NCBI GenBank assembly: GCA_965217615.1
Contig: CBDCIT010000016.1
Location: forward strand, 229,272-293,271
DNA length: 64,000 bases
Source of the DNA: Alphaproteobacteria bacterium
GTDB taxonomy: Bacteria > Pseudomonadota > Alphaproteobacteria > UBA8366 > CAVOAK01
Direction of reading: 5' to 3'
Under the pieces are notes generated by a model that did not search any database, was not told where the DNA came from, and was given only the letters and a program-made list of their open reading frames with translations. Below, piece by piece: positions 10,230 to 20,067 of the stretch. Each line of letters starts with the position of its first letter. The stretch's first letter is position 1. Position numbers and translations under genes: made by a program.

Positions 10230-11252
10230 TCAGGCATTGACGTCCACCACTACACGCCCACGTATTTGGCCATCCAAAATCCGCGTCGCGTATTCCGCCA
10301 AATCGGCAAGCCCGATGATAGTGGTCGCATCTTCTAGCTTCTGAGAGTGCAAATCCTGGACCAGTCGGTCCCACGCGTGCACGCGAACATCGTATGGCTG
10401 CATGGATGAATCGATTCCAAGCAAATTAACGCCGCGTAGGAGGAACGGAATCGCAGTGGTTTCGAGCTTTGCGCCGCTCACCAACCCACAGGCAGCGACC
10501 GACGCACGATATTTCAGCTGCGCGATGACGCGAGCCAATGTTGTTGTGCCCACGGTGTCGATCGCGCCTGACCAGCGTTCCGATTCCAGAGGCCGTTCGG
10601 AGGAATCTGAAAACATTTGACGTTCAACGACCTCGGACGCACCGAGCGACTTGAGAAAACCCTCGAGCTCGGAACGGCCGGTCGAGGCAACGACGCAGTA
10701 GCCAAGCTTCGCTAAGATCGCAACCGCTATCGAGCCCACACCTCCGGATGCGCCAGTGACCAAGACTTCACTCGTCTCCGAATCAGCACCGTGCTGGCTT
10801 GGTGCATTCAAGCCGTGCTTCTCCAAACTCATAACCGCCAACATCGCCGTGAAGCCAGCGGTACCGATCGCCATGGCCTGTTTTGTCGTAAACTCGGGTG
10901 GCACCGGTACCAACCATTCAGACCGGACGCGCGCACGCTGCGCGTATCCGCCCCAATGACTTTCACCAACGCGCCACCCCGTCAACAAGACCGCATCACC
11001 AGCAGCGTACCGCGCGCTTTCTGACGTCTCAACCACCCCCGCAAGATCGATTCCCGGCACATGCGGATAGGTCTTCACGAGCCGCCCGATCCCCTTGAGG
11101 ATCATGGCATCCTTGTAGTTGAGGCTGGAGTATTCAACGCGAACGAGTACGTCGCCATCCGGGAGTTCGGCCTCGTCCAACTCCCGCACCTCATGCGTAA
11201 TCGAACCGCCATCCTCATCGAGGACAAGGGCGGCAAATGGCTCCGTCGTCAT
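10230..11252 (-). CDS. YhdH/AcuI-family MDR NADPH-dependent reductase (acrylyl-CoA/quinone reductase-like)
   Basis: MTTEPFAALVLDEDGG…VRVEYSSLNYKDAMILKG…PGIDLAGVV…VLVTGASGGVGSIAV…; the ORF was trimmed to the ATG at 11252. Confidence 0.85.
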   Translation of the reverse strand: MTTEPFAALVLDEDGGSITHEVRELDEAELPDGDVLVRVEYSSLNYKDAMILKGIGRLVKTYPHVPGIDLAGVVETSESARYAAGDAVLLTGWRVGESHWGGYAQRARVRSEWLVPVPPEFTTKQAMAIGTAGFTAMLAVMSLEKHGLNAPSQHGADSETSEVLVTGASGGVGSIAVAILAKLGYCVVASTGRSELEGFLKSLGASEVVERQMFSDSSERPLESERWSGAIDTVGTTTLARVIAQLKYRASVAACGLVSGAKLETTAIPFLLRGVNLLGIDSSMQPYDVRVHAWDRLVQDLHSQKLEDATTIIGLADLAEYATRILDGQIRGRVVVDVNA

Positions 11253-11308
11253 CGGCAAAAAACTCCGCTCGAAATGCGGCTGCGCGCCGCTGTATTTTGG
11301 TGTGATGT

Positions 11309-13159
11309 CTACGCGGCCGCGCCGCTCCACGCGACTAAATAAATCGGAACCGGTTGCTCAAATCCCTTGAGTTCGTAGTCACCCTTCTTGTCGAAGTTGA
11401 AGTCTTTCCCTGAACACAACTCACGCACAATAGTTGATGCCGTGATTTCACTCCCCTCGGCGATACTGAGGACCCGGGCGGCGAGTTGCACCGGCGTGCC
11501 AAAGATATCGCCATCCTCGTGAATGGGTTCGCCTGCATTGATTCCGATGCAAATGCCCAACGACTGATCGGGGTTTATTTCATTGTGGCGAACTACGCCT
11601 TCCTGCATCGCTATGGCGCCTTCAACGGCTTTCGTAATGACGGGGAACGACGCCATAATCCCGTCGCCAGTATGTTTGATTTCGCGTCCTTTGTGCAGAG
11701 CCAGCGACTCCCGGACGATCGAATTGTGCGCGCGCACGACCTCTTGGGCGCCCTCATCGCCCCGCTCCTGCGTCATCGCTGTCGAGCCGACAATGTCGGT
11801 AAAAAGCACAGCGACAAATTCCTTCGAGGGCCCGGCGGCGGCGGGCTTGTTCCAATCCTCCAGCGTCCCCACGAGGCCTAGGTCGCCTCCGGGGTTCCGC
11901 AGGCCGAGCACCATTGCTTCGCGGCCGGCTTCATACATCTGCAGATATTTGGGGTTTAGAAGGTATTCGTCGATGTTGGAGCAGAATGCCCGCGCCATTT
12001 TCTCGCTTTGGCCCAAAATCGCAACATTCTTGCTCAGAACATCGACCATCCGCTCGCGGCTCAAGCCAAACTGCGAACTGAGAAATTCGCCAGCGCCAGC
12101 AACATATAGTGTCAGCCCGAATCTGTTAAACGCGTCGATCGTCCGTCCGCTTTCCGCAACCGGTAAAAGAGCGTCGCGAATAAACTTCAACATCGCTTCG
12201 CCGGCATCGGTTTCCTCAGGCGAATTAAACTCAGGGACACCCGCCACCTCCGCCTCCGGCTCCTGTTCCCATCCCGACGCATCCTCTTCCGGCTGCGCGG
12301 TCTCCTCCTCGTCGACGGTTGGCCATTCGGGTTCGGGATCTGGTTCCGGTTCAGGCTCTTGAAACTCTTCCGGCTCCGGGAACGGTTCAACCGGAACTGG
12401 CTCCGGTTGAGGGGGCGCCATTGCGACAGGTTGTGGCTGTGGCGCCTGAGGTCTCTTCGCGCGTGCTTGCCCTGTGATGTCGGGCGCAAATCGCCTCAAC
12501 ATCGGTACGCAAAACATCAAAAACCCGACGAAGAATCCGCCGATCAGGAGCGTCTGCGCGACGCCCCTGCTGATCGCGATGCCCTGATCGCCAACGTAAC
12601 TTATCGAAAAGAGAGCGACGTAAAGAACCAGTCCGCCACCCAAGCAGCTGATTAGAAAGATGCCAAGTAGGCGCGGCAATGCCTGCAGCATCGTAACCGG
12701 CTTATTCGCCGACTGCTTTGCGGCCGTCTTCTTGCGCCGCTTCTTTTTTCGCTTCCGCGGCGGTTTTTTCTGCAATTCGGGATCAATTTCCGCCCCGAGG
12801 TCGTCCTCCATCCAACTTGGGAGTTCCGCGTCGACGTCCATGCCATTGCCGCCGCCACCGAACCCGCCCGAATCGACCGGCGACGACTTTGAAGATTCGC
12901 CGCCGTATACCGGCAATGATTTTTTCAATTTTGGTGTGCGATAGACGACCGATTCTGTCGAAGAGTTTGCGATGGCGTCATAGGCTTCTCGAGTAACACA
13001 ACTCGCCTCGACACGGGACTCGCGCTCAAACTGCCGCGCCTCGTCGATCGCATCTTCACGCGCATCCGAGCCGTGGCGGGCATGTAACTCCCACCGCCCG
13101 CCAATAAGCAGGTAGACTTCATATGAGACCGATCTTCCTCCGGTCCCGCCTTCGAGCAT
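11309..13159 (-). CDS. Membrane-anchored class III adenylate/guanylate cyclase (616 aa)
   Basis: C-terminal CYC domain (FVAVLFTDIVGSTAMTQERGDEGA…IKHTGDGIMASF…GINAGEPIHEDGDIFGTPVQLAARV). Central TM helices, a basic KKPPRKRKKKRRKK patch and a Pro/Glu-rich acidic tract. Confidence 0.85.
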   Translation of the reverse strand: MLEGGTGGRSVSYEVYLLIGGRWELHARHGSDAREDAIDEARQFERESRVEASCVTREAYDAIANSSTESVVYRTPKLKKSLPVYGGESSKSSPVDSGGFGGGGNGMDVDAELPSWMEDDLGAEIDPELQKKPPRKRKKKRRKKTAAKQSANKPVTMLQALPRLLGIFLISCLGGGLVLYVALFSISYVGDQGIAISRGVAQTLLIGGFFVGFLMFCVPMLRRFAPDITGQARAKRPQAPQPQPVAMAPPQPEPVPVEPFPEPEEFQEPEPEPDPEPEWPTVDEEETAQPEEDASGWEQEPEAEVAGVPEFNSPEETDAGEAMLKFIRDALLPVAESGRTIDAFNRFGLTLYVAGAGEFLSSQFGLSRERMVDVLSKNVAILGQSEKMARAFCSNIDEYLLNPKYLQMYEAGREAMVLGLRNPGGDLGLVGTLEDWNKPAAAGPSKEFVAVLFTDIVGSTAMTQERGDEGAQEVVRAHNSIVRESLALHKGREIKHTGDGIMASFPVITKAVEGAIAMQEGVVRHNEINPDQSLGICIGINAGEPIHEDGDIFGTPVQLAARVLSIAEGSEITASTIVRELCSGKDFNFDKKGDYELKGFEQPVPIYLVAWSGAAA

Positions 13160-13377
13160 GCGACTAGTCCAATTGTTGCAACGTAGTAATCATATACTTA
13201 GCTGACTGCGACAAATTCGTGAATAGCCGCGCCAGTCCTTTGATTACTCTTCGTCCTAGGTTGCCTTCGACCGGCTGCCATTTCAACTAGTATCGGTTTC
13301 TTGCCTTGCGGCCGCTGCCAGGGGAGGGTGAGCCCAACAGCGCCATTTCGAAGTGAACTGGTGAACCCAGAAGGCTG

Positions 13378-14274
13378 CTAGTAGCGCGCCCAATCGGGCT
13401 TTTGCGGCTTTATTCGTGCTGTGCCGGCCACCAACTCTAGTCCCTCCTCTTCAGATTTCTCGATTCGGTCGAGCCGCAAAAGTGCGAGGCCGATGTCGTC
13501 AAACGCCGAACGCATTTCGCCCGCCGCACGATCACCTGCAAGTATCGGCGTACCAGGATTTGGTAATGGGCCATCGATAGTAACCGGCATTAAGCGCCGC
13601 CGCGCGAGGCCACGATACTTCGTCCGTGCCGTCAGTTCTTGGCCCATATAACAACCCTTGTCCCAATCCAGACCGTGTAGTTCCTCGAAGTTACTTTCAA
13701 GCAACACCGACTTCTCGACGATGAGATCTCGACTGCCATCGGGTAGTCCAAGCTGCAGTCGAAGTCGCTCATAGTCTTCTGCTGCACCCTTCTCAAAACC
13801 CAATTCACCCAGCACCTGGGCAGCGCTCGCTCGAGGGACAATCGCGCGAACGCCTGCCGCCGCAAGGCGTGGATCTACGAAGGCGATCCCACCAGCAAGT
13901 GGTTTTGCACAACCGGCCTCTACATCGAGGCCAAACGGACGAGCAACATTATCGCCAATTAGCGCAATGACGATGAAGGACTCATCGATACCCAAATCCA
14001 CCATTGAGCGAAGCTTGTAGCGGCTCAGTCGCTGCCCAAGATCCATGATGCGCTGGGCCTCGCAATCGAGGTAATAGGTCGAGTTCAATTCGAAGACAAA
14101 GAAGTCGTGAAGATATTTGCCCTGCGGTGTTAGCAATGCCGCCCAGATCGCACGATCCGAAGAGACTTGCCCGATATCGTTGGAGATTAATCCCTGCAGA
14201 AAATTGGTACGGTCTTCGCCACCCACAGAGAGTACGGCGCGCGACTCTAACTCGATGTAATGCATTTTTTCCAT
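13378..14274 (-). CDS. ygfZ: Folate-binding Fe-S cluster repair/tRNA-modification protein YgfZ (start uncertain: 14292/14274/14265)
   Basis: GcvT-like fold sequence with the conserved KGCYMGQE motif (WDKGCYMGQELTARTKYRG). Confidence 0.85.
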   Translation of the reverse strand: MEKMHYIELESRAVLSVGGEDRTNFLQGLISNDIGQVSSDRAIWAALLTPQGKYLHDFFVFELNSTYYLDCEAQRIMDLGQRLSRYKLRSMVDLGIDESFIVIALIGDNVARPFGLDVEAGCAKPLAGGIAFVDPRLAAAGVRAIVPRASAAQVLGELGFEKGAAEDYERLRLQLGLPDGSRDLIVEKSVLLESNFEELHGLDWDKGCYMGQELTARTKYRGLARRRLMPVTIDGPLPNPGTPILAGDRAAGEMRSAFDDIGLALLRLDRIEKSEEEGLELVAGTARIKPQKPDWARY

Positions 14275-14404
14275 CTTGCCGGCCTGACCCACTATACATC
14301 AAACGTCATATTGAGGCCTTTAGCAGGCATCACAAGCCACAGTTGGTACTCGCGATCGCACTGCCTATAACCCGCAGTGACGTATTCAGATATCATGCAT
14401 TGCT

Positions 14405-15370
14405 ATGAAGTTGTTGTTTATCACCGCCAATCGCATTGGCGATGCCGTATTGTCGACTGGTATTCTCGGATTCCTAGTTGAGCAATATCCGTCAGCCGAG
14501 GTCACCGTGGTAGTAGGGCCTGCCGCGGCGACATTGTTTCGCGCCGCACCTGGCGTTAAGAACCTGATCGTCGTCGGGAAGAAACCATTAGGCCTGCATT
14601 GGGCCAGCGTTTGGCGAGCGAACGCCACGACCCGATGGGATATCGTCGTCGATTTGCGCCGCTCGATCATCGCCTGGACGCTCAGGGCGACAAGGCGTTG
14701 CGTGATCCCAAAGCCAACTGAACTTACGCACCGGGTGCGCCTACTTGCCGCAACCATAGGTCTTGAGGAAACTCCGCCGTCGCCAAGGCTTTGGACCGGC
14801 GGCCCGGACGATGCGACAGCGGCTGCGCTTATTCCCGACGGACCGGCCGTGTTGGCCCTTGCACCAGCGGCCAACTGGCGTGGAAAACAGTGGGATATTC
14901 GAAAATTTTCGCAGCTGGCCGATCGGCTAACGGCTAACGACGGCATACTTTCGGCCGGGCGAATCGCGATCATCGCCGCAGCGCAGGAGCGCCCTCAAAC
15001 GGAGGAGCTCTTCCGATCATTCCCCAGAGATCGCCTCATAGACTTGGTCGGCCGGGCAAATCTGACGGAGATCGCCGCTTGTCTCAAGCGTTGCGAATTC
15101 TTCGTCGGAAACGATTCCGGATTAGCGCACATGGCAACGGCTGTCGGCGTGCCCACCTTGAGCTTGTTTGGCCCTAGCCGGCCGGAACTATATGCGCCGT
15201 GGGGAGAAAACGGCGCTTGGGTCCGAACTCCAGAAAACTTTGACGAGCTTACCGGCACCCCAGGCTATGACCACCGGACGACGGGATCGCTGATGGACGG
15301 CCTGACGGTTGATGCCGCCGAAGAAGCAGCGTGCGCGCTTTGGCGCCGCGCGCAAACAGCGGCGGCATGA
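14405..15370 (+). CDS. Glycosyltransferase family 9 (heptosyltransferase-like)
   Basis: MKLLFITANRIGDAVLSTG…FFVGNDSGLAHMATAVGVPTLSLFGPS is a GT9 signature. Confidence 0.85.
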   Translation: MKLLFITANRIGDAVLSTGILGFLVEQYPSAEVTVVVGPAAATLFRAAPGVKNLIVVGKKPLGLHWASVWRANATTRWDIVVDLRRSIIAWTLRATRRCVIPKPTELTHRVRLLAATIGLEETPPSPRLWTGGPDDATAAALIPDGPAVLALAPAANWRGKQWDIRKFSQLADRLTANDGILSAGRIAIIAAAQERPQTEELFRSFPRDRLIDLVGRANLTEIAACLKRCEFFVGNDSGLAHMATAVGVPTLSLFGPSRPELYAPWGENGAWVRTPENFDELTGTPGYDHRTTGSLMDGLTVDAAEEAACALWRRAQTAAA

Positions 15371-16125
15371 GCGGAATGGCGAAACTATCCGCACTTGTTG
15401 TCGCACATAACGAGGAACTTCAACTGGCCGACTGCCTCGATTCGCTACGATTTGCCGATGAAATCGTTGTTCTGCTCGATCGATGCACAGATCGTTCGGA
15501 GGACATAGCGGCACAGTTTACCGAGCGTTTGGTCGTAGGGGCTTGGGAGATCGAGGGTGCACGGCGCAATACAGGCATCGCAGCCTGCACAGGCGATTGG
15601 ATTCTTGAGGTGGACGCCGACGAGCGGGTACCGCGGCTGCTGGCGCAGGAGATTCGTAGCGTCATTTCGCAGACTTCCAACAGCTACTTCTTGGTGCCTT
15701 ATGACAACTATATCGGCGACCGTTTGGTGCGATATGGCTGGGGCGCGGCGTGGGGAGTCAGCGCAACGGTCCGGCTGTTTCGCTCCGGCACCAAGCAATG
15801 GGGCAACCAGCGAATTCATCCGAAGGTCGAACTCAAGGGACGACAAGGAAAACTGACGACGCCGATGATCCACTATGTGGACCGAAACATCTCCGACATG
15901 ATCCACCGTCTTGATAGGTACACAACTGCACGCGCCGCCGACTTGCGCGACACCGACGACATCGGCAGCATGTCGGCAAATATCCGCCGCATCTTCTCGC
16001 GATTTTGGAAATGCTACCTGACCCGCCGCGGTTATCGCGAGGGTCCCTATGGCTTTCTGATCGCCCTTTTCGCGGGCCTCTACCCAATTCTGTCCTATCT
16101 TAAGGCACGATTGGAGGAGGGGTGA
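15367..16125 (+). CDS. Glycosyltransferase family 2
   Basis: The ATG at 15367 overlaps the upstream stop (ATGA). LSALVVAHNEELQLADCLDSLRFADEIVVLLDRCTDRS…EVDADERV. Confidence 0.85.
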   Translation: MSGMAKLSALVVAHNEELQLADCLDSLRFADEIVVLLDRCTDRSEDIAAQFTERLVVGAWEIEGARRNTGIAACTGDWILEVDADERVPRLLAQEIRSVISQTSNSYFLVPYDNYIGDRLVRYGWGAAWGVSATVRLFRSGTKQWGNQRIHPKVELKGRQGKLTTPMIHYVDRNISDMIHRLDRYTTARAADLRDTDDIGSMSANIRRIFSRFWKCYLTRRGYREGPYGFLIALFAGLYPILSYLKARLEEG

Positions 16126-17147
16126 CGCGCGTGCTTCAGGTCATGGCCGGCGCGCGCCACGGCGGCGCCGAGACCTTCTTCATCCGCCTTGTAAGCGCTC
16201 TTTCTCGTACCGGAATTCAGGAACGCGTGGTCATTCGCGACGATCCGGTGCGGGCGGCTGAATTACGAAAGGTGGATTTGACTCCAGTCGAGTTACCCTT
16301 CGGCGGGATACCCGACCTCGTAACCCGACCACGGTTGAAACGGGAGATTTCTGTCTTCGAGCCCGATATCGTGATCGCTTGGATGAGCCGTGCAGCAAAA
16401 TACTGCCCAAGGGGAGCCCACATTCTGGCGGCTCGTCTCGGCGGTTACTATAAGATCAAATACTATCGCCACTGCGATCATCTGATCGCCAACACGCGAG
16501 ACATTTGCGACTATCTCATCCAACAGGGCTGGCCAATTGACCGCGTGACGTTTCTACCCAACTTCGTTGACGGAACGCCCGTGGCGCCGATCGTGCGCGG
16601 AAGATTTGATACACCGGAGGACGCGCCGCTCCTATTGGCGCTCGGCAGATTACACGAAAACAAGGCGTTCGATGTCTTGATCGATGCATTGCAGGGCATA
16701 GCCAACGCTCACGTTTGGATTGCCGGCGACGGTAGATTGCGAAAAACATTGGAGTCCCAAGCGCGCCGTCTTGGCGTCGCTGACCGCGTGCGCTGGCTTG
16801 GATGGCGGAACGATGTAGCGGCACTACTTGCAACTGCAGACATTCTCGTCTGTCCTTCCCGCCACGAGCCGTTAGGCAACGTGATCATAGAGGCCTGGGC
16901 GCACCGGTGCCCGGTCGTTGCGTCAGCATCGCAGGGCCCGCAATGGCTGATTGGCGATAGCGGCGCGGGCGCTCTGGTTCCCATTGACGATGCTCCAGCA
17001 TTGGCCAGTTCCATCAGCCAACTATTAGTTGATCACGACGCGGCTGGCGACATGGTCCGGAAAGGTCGGGCGGCTTACTGCCAAGACTATGCTGAGGATG
17101 TTGTCGTGAAGCGCTATATCGAATTTTTCGACCGGGTCGCCCCGTAA
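16122..17147 (+). CDS. Glycosyltransferase family 4 (GT-B, group 1)
   Basis: The GTG start overlaps the upstream stop (GTGA). …GRLHENKAFDVLIDAL…VCPSRHEPLGNVIIEAWA… (E-x7-E region). Confidence 0.85.
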   Translation: MTRVLQVMAGARHGGAETFFIRLVSALSRTGIQERVVIRDDPVRAAELRKVDLTPVELPFGGIPDLVTRPRLKREISVFEPDIVIAWMSRAAKYCPRGAHILAARLGGYYKIKYYRHCDHLIANTRDICDYLIQQGWPIDRVTFLPNFVDGTPVAPIVRGRFDTPEDAPLLLALGRLHENKAFDVLIDALQGIANAHVWIAGDGRLRKTLESQARRLGVADRVRWLGWRNDVAALLATADILVCPSRHEPLGNVIIEAWAHRCPVVASASQGPQWLIGDSGAGALVPIDDAPALASSISQLLVDHDAAGDMVRKGRAAYCQDYAEDVVVKRYIEFFDRVAP

Positions 17148-18907
17148 TGTGTGGGATTGCTGGCTTGGTGATGCACGATGGGACGACGCCGGAGGTCGAG
17201 ATTCTCGATCGTTTCGCACGGGCGCTTGGGCACCGCGGACCGGACGGCGAAGGCAAGCATCTTGCCGGACCAGTTGGCATGGTGATGACGCGGCTCGCAA
17301 TCATAGACTTGGTGACCGGCGATCAGCCGATTTACGATCCAGGTGGCGTCGCCTTGATCGCGAATGCCGAGATTTACAACTACATCGAGCTTCGCGCGCA
17401 GCTGTCCGAGGCGGTGTTTACGACAAAATCGGACTGCGAGCCGCCCCTCCATCTTTATCGCCAGAACGGCCTTTCCTTCGCCGATGACCTGCGCGGCATG
17501 TACGCGATCGCCATTCACGATCCCGCACAAGGACGGCTGGTACTTGCGCGAGATCCGTTTGGAATCAAGCCACTCTATTATGTTGAACGGCCAAATTTGT
17601 TCGCCTTCGCCTCTGAGCCCAGCGCCCTGATCGCAGCGGGTCTGGCCGAAGCTAATGAGGATCCCGAACTTCGAGACGAGCTGCTGCAGCTGCAGTTCAC
17701 GTGCGGGGGAAACACAATCTACAAGGAAATTTCCCGTGTCCTCCCGGGTGAAACGCTTGAGGTCCGCGGTGCGCGCATAGTGAGTCGCCGCCAGCGCGAT
17801 GCCTTGCCAATTCCTGACACCAAAGAATTCGATTCAGAGGCGGCACTGCGGCGTTTCAACGGCGCGCTCGAAGACAGCGTCGAGAAGCATCAACGATCGG
17901 ATGTTCCCTACGGGCTATTTCTCTCCGGCGGTACCGATTCGGCTACAATGCTAGCGCTCATGGCGCGATCGGCCGATCGCCCGGTGCAAACGTTTACTGC
18001 AGGGTTCTCCGAGCGGGGCGTTCACGACGAGCGGGCCCACGCGCGGCAGTTGGCCAAGTCTATGGGCGCCGAACACCATGAAGTCGAATTCAACGAAGAC
18101 GACTTTTGGACGTTGTTGCCGGAGATCGCCGGGTGTATGGACGACCCTGCGGCCGACTATGCAATTTTGCCGACTTGGAAGCTGGCACGCGAAGCGGCAC
18201 AAGAGCTGAAGGTCGTATTATCCGGTGAAGGCGGTGACGAGTTGTTCGCCGGCTATGGGCGGTATCGCAGCATCCTGCGTCCATTTTGGCAGGGCGGTCG
18301 GGCAATCCGCCCGCGGGGAAAATTCGACCGATTGCGCGTCCTCAGGCATGAGAGTGACGCCTGGCGGGACGGGATTGCTGCGGCGGAGGCGTCTGCCACG
18401 CTGCCCGGCAGAACCAAACTCCAAATTGCCCAAGCGACGGACGTCGCCGACTGGTTGCCAAACGACCTGTTAACCAAGCTCGACCGCTGCCTTATGTCGC
18501 ACGGTCTGGAAGGCCGCACACCGCTGCTCGATCCGGTTGTCGCCGCCGCGGTATTCTCTCTGCCCGATCGGTTCAAAGTCCACAATGGCCAAGGCAAGTG
18601 GCTGCTGCGCCAATGGCTCGCGGAGAATTTTCCGGCCTCGCGTCCGTTCGAGAAAAAGCGTGGATTTAGCGTTCCCGTCGGAGAATGGATGGGACGGCAC
18701 GGCGATCGTTTAGGGGAACTGGTCGCAAAAGACCCAGCCGTCGCAGCTGTCTGCCACCCCACCCGCGTCAAGGCGCTCTATACGAGTACTAAGAAACGCG
18801 CGCGGTTCGCAGCGTGGGCCTTGCTTTTTTATGCGCTTTGGCATCGCCAAAACATTCGCAACCGACCGCCAGAGGGCGATACGTTCGAGTGCTTGTCCTC
18901 CCCTTGA
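17147..18907 (+). CDS. Asparagine synthase (glutamine-hydrolysing)-family amidotransferase, polysaccharide-cluster type
   Basis: MCGIAG Ntn nucleophile, LSGGTDSA PP-loop, 586 aa. The ATG overlaps the upstream TAA (TAATG). Confidence 0.9.
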   Translation: MCGIAGLVMHDGTTPEVEILDRFARALGHRGPDGEGKHLAGPVGMVMTRLAIIDLVTGDQPIYDPGGVALIANAEIYNYIELRAQLSEAVFTTKSDCEPPLHLYRQNGLSFADDLRGMYAIAIHDPAQGRLVLARDPFGIKPLYYVERPNLFAFASEPSALIAAGLAEANEDPELRDELLQLQFTCGGNTIYKEISRVLPGETLEVRGARIVSRRQRDALPIPDTKEFDSEAALRRFNGALEDSVEKHQRSDVPYGLFLSGGTDSATMLALMARSADRPVQTFTAGFSERGVHDERAHARQLAKSMGAEHHEVEFNEDDFWTLLPEIAGCMDDPAADYAILPTWKLAREAAQELKVVLSGEGGDELFAGYGRYRSILRPFWQGGRAIRPRGKFDRLRVLRHESDAWRDGIAAAEASATLPGRTKLQIAQATDVADWLPNDLLTKLDRCLMSHGLEGRTPLLDPVVAAAVFSLPDRFKVHNGQGKWLLRQWLAENFPASRPFEKKRGFSVPVGEWMGRHGDRLGELVAKDPAVAAVCHPTRVKALYTSTKKRARFAAWALLFYALWHRQNIRNRPPEGDTFECLSSP

Positions 18908-18924
18908 AACCGTGGAATGCCGCC

Positions 18925-19893
18925 CTAGGCGGACTGCGACGCGCGAACCTGCTTGCTTTCGTACACTTTCATCGAGTCCGCTATGTCGGACGATAGCGCC
19001 GCCGAATCCTTTTCGGGATTGAATCCGAGAAGAATCGCACCTGACAGCTGCTTGAGAAGCTGCAGGTCCTTCGGATTGGGCTTAGGAAAGTGCTTTTGAA
19101 TTGAAGTCACGACTTCAATCAGCGCATGGCATAGATCGCCGACATGATCAAACTGTGTGCCGACGACGCGCTGGGCGAGGTCGTTGGCCACCAGCACCAG
19201 TTGATCGACCATGTCCCGTTTTGATTCGTCGATCCGGCCACCTGACATCGACGATGCGACGACTTGTTCCAAGAATCCGATTTGAAAGGCGTGGCGGGAT
19301 AACTTCTCGTCGTTGATCTTAGCGAGCGTCCCGCTGATTTCATTGTGCAACTCATCCGGAGACATGGGTGTTCCGTTGGCTTTCGCGAGGAGCGTGTTCG
19401 GCACCTCTATCTGCGGGATTTCCGATCCTCGGTCATCATCGCTTCGCCGATCGGGACCGGTGTAGTCCGAGGTAACAACAAAGGGTCGGCGACGGAACGC
19501 CAACGCCTCCATCCGCTCGAACAACTGACCCGGTGAAATCGGTTTGACGAGCATCGCGTCCGTGCCGCAATTTGCAACCCGGCGCACCAGGTCCCGGTCA
19601 GGATCCCAGGTCGTGACAATCACGGGTACAAATGGGTTATCGCCAATCTCGTAGTTGCGGATTTGCTTGATGACGTCGCATACGTCGCCGTCTTCCAACC
19701 CGGTATCCAGCACCAGCACGTCGGGACATTGGTGCTTCAGTGCTTCCAGCACCTCCTCGATTTAGCCGAAATCTGTCGTCGACCTGAAGCCTTCATGCAA
19801 CATGGCGTTTCGAAGGGCCTGTAACAGATGGCCCTTCGGATCGCCGATATAGATCTCGATGGTTCCGCGCCGCTTTTGGTCAACTTCACGCAT
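18925..19893 (-). pseudogene. Response regulator (REC + uncharacterised helical C-terminal domain) with in-frame TAA at 19762..19764
   Basis: Tracked ORF 18925..19752 starts mid-REC (…DVLVLDTGL…VIVTT…LVKP). The same frame continues upstream as ATG(19893) MREVDQKRRGTIEIYIGDPKGHLLQALRNAMLHEGFRSTTDFG-TAA-IEEVLEALK…. Confidence 0.7.
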
Positions 19894-20048
19894 TCTTCAA
19901 TCCAGCGATTTTGCTGCCCTCACCCCGGAACCTAATCCGAGCATTCGTTGCCTGGATTCTCGACCGCGAGCCGCAAACGGCAGTATATCGGGTGTCGAGG
20001 TCAGCTTTCTCCCTCGCCAAACTCTGTCATAGATGGCTGAAAAGAGCA

Positions 20049-20067
20049 ATGTTCACACGCCTTCACT
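20049..20067. repeat. 19-bp direct repeat (left TSD of IS copy B): ATGTTCACACGCCTTCACT
   Basis: Recurs at 21406..21424 with one mismatch (C/T). Confidence 0.8.
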
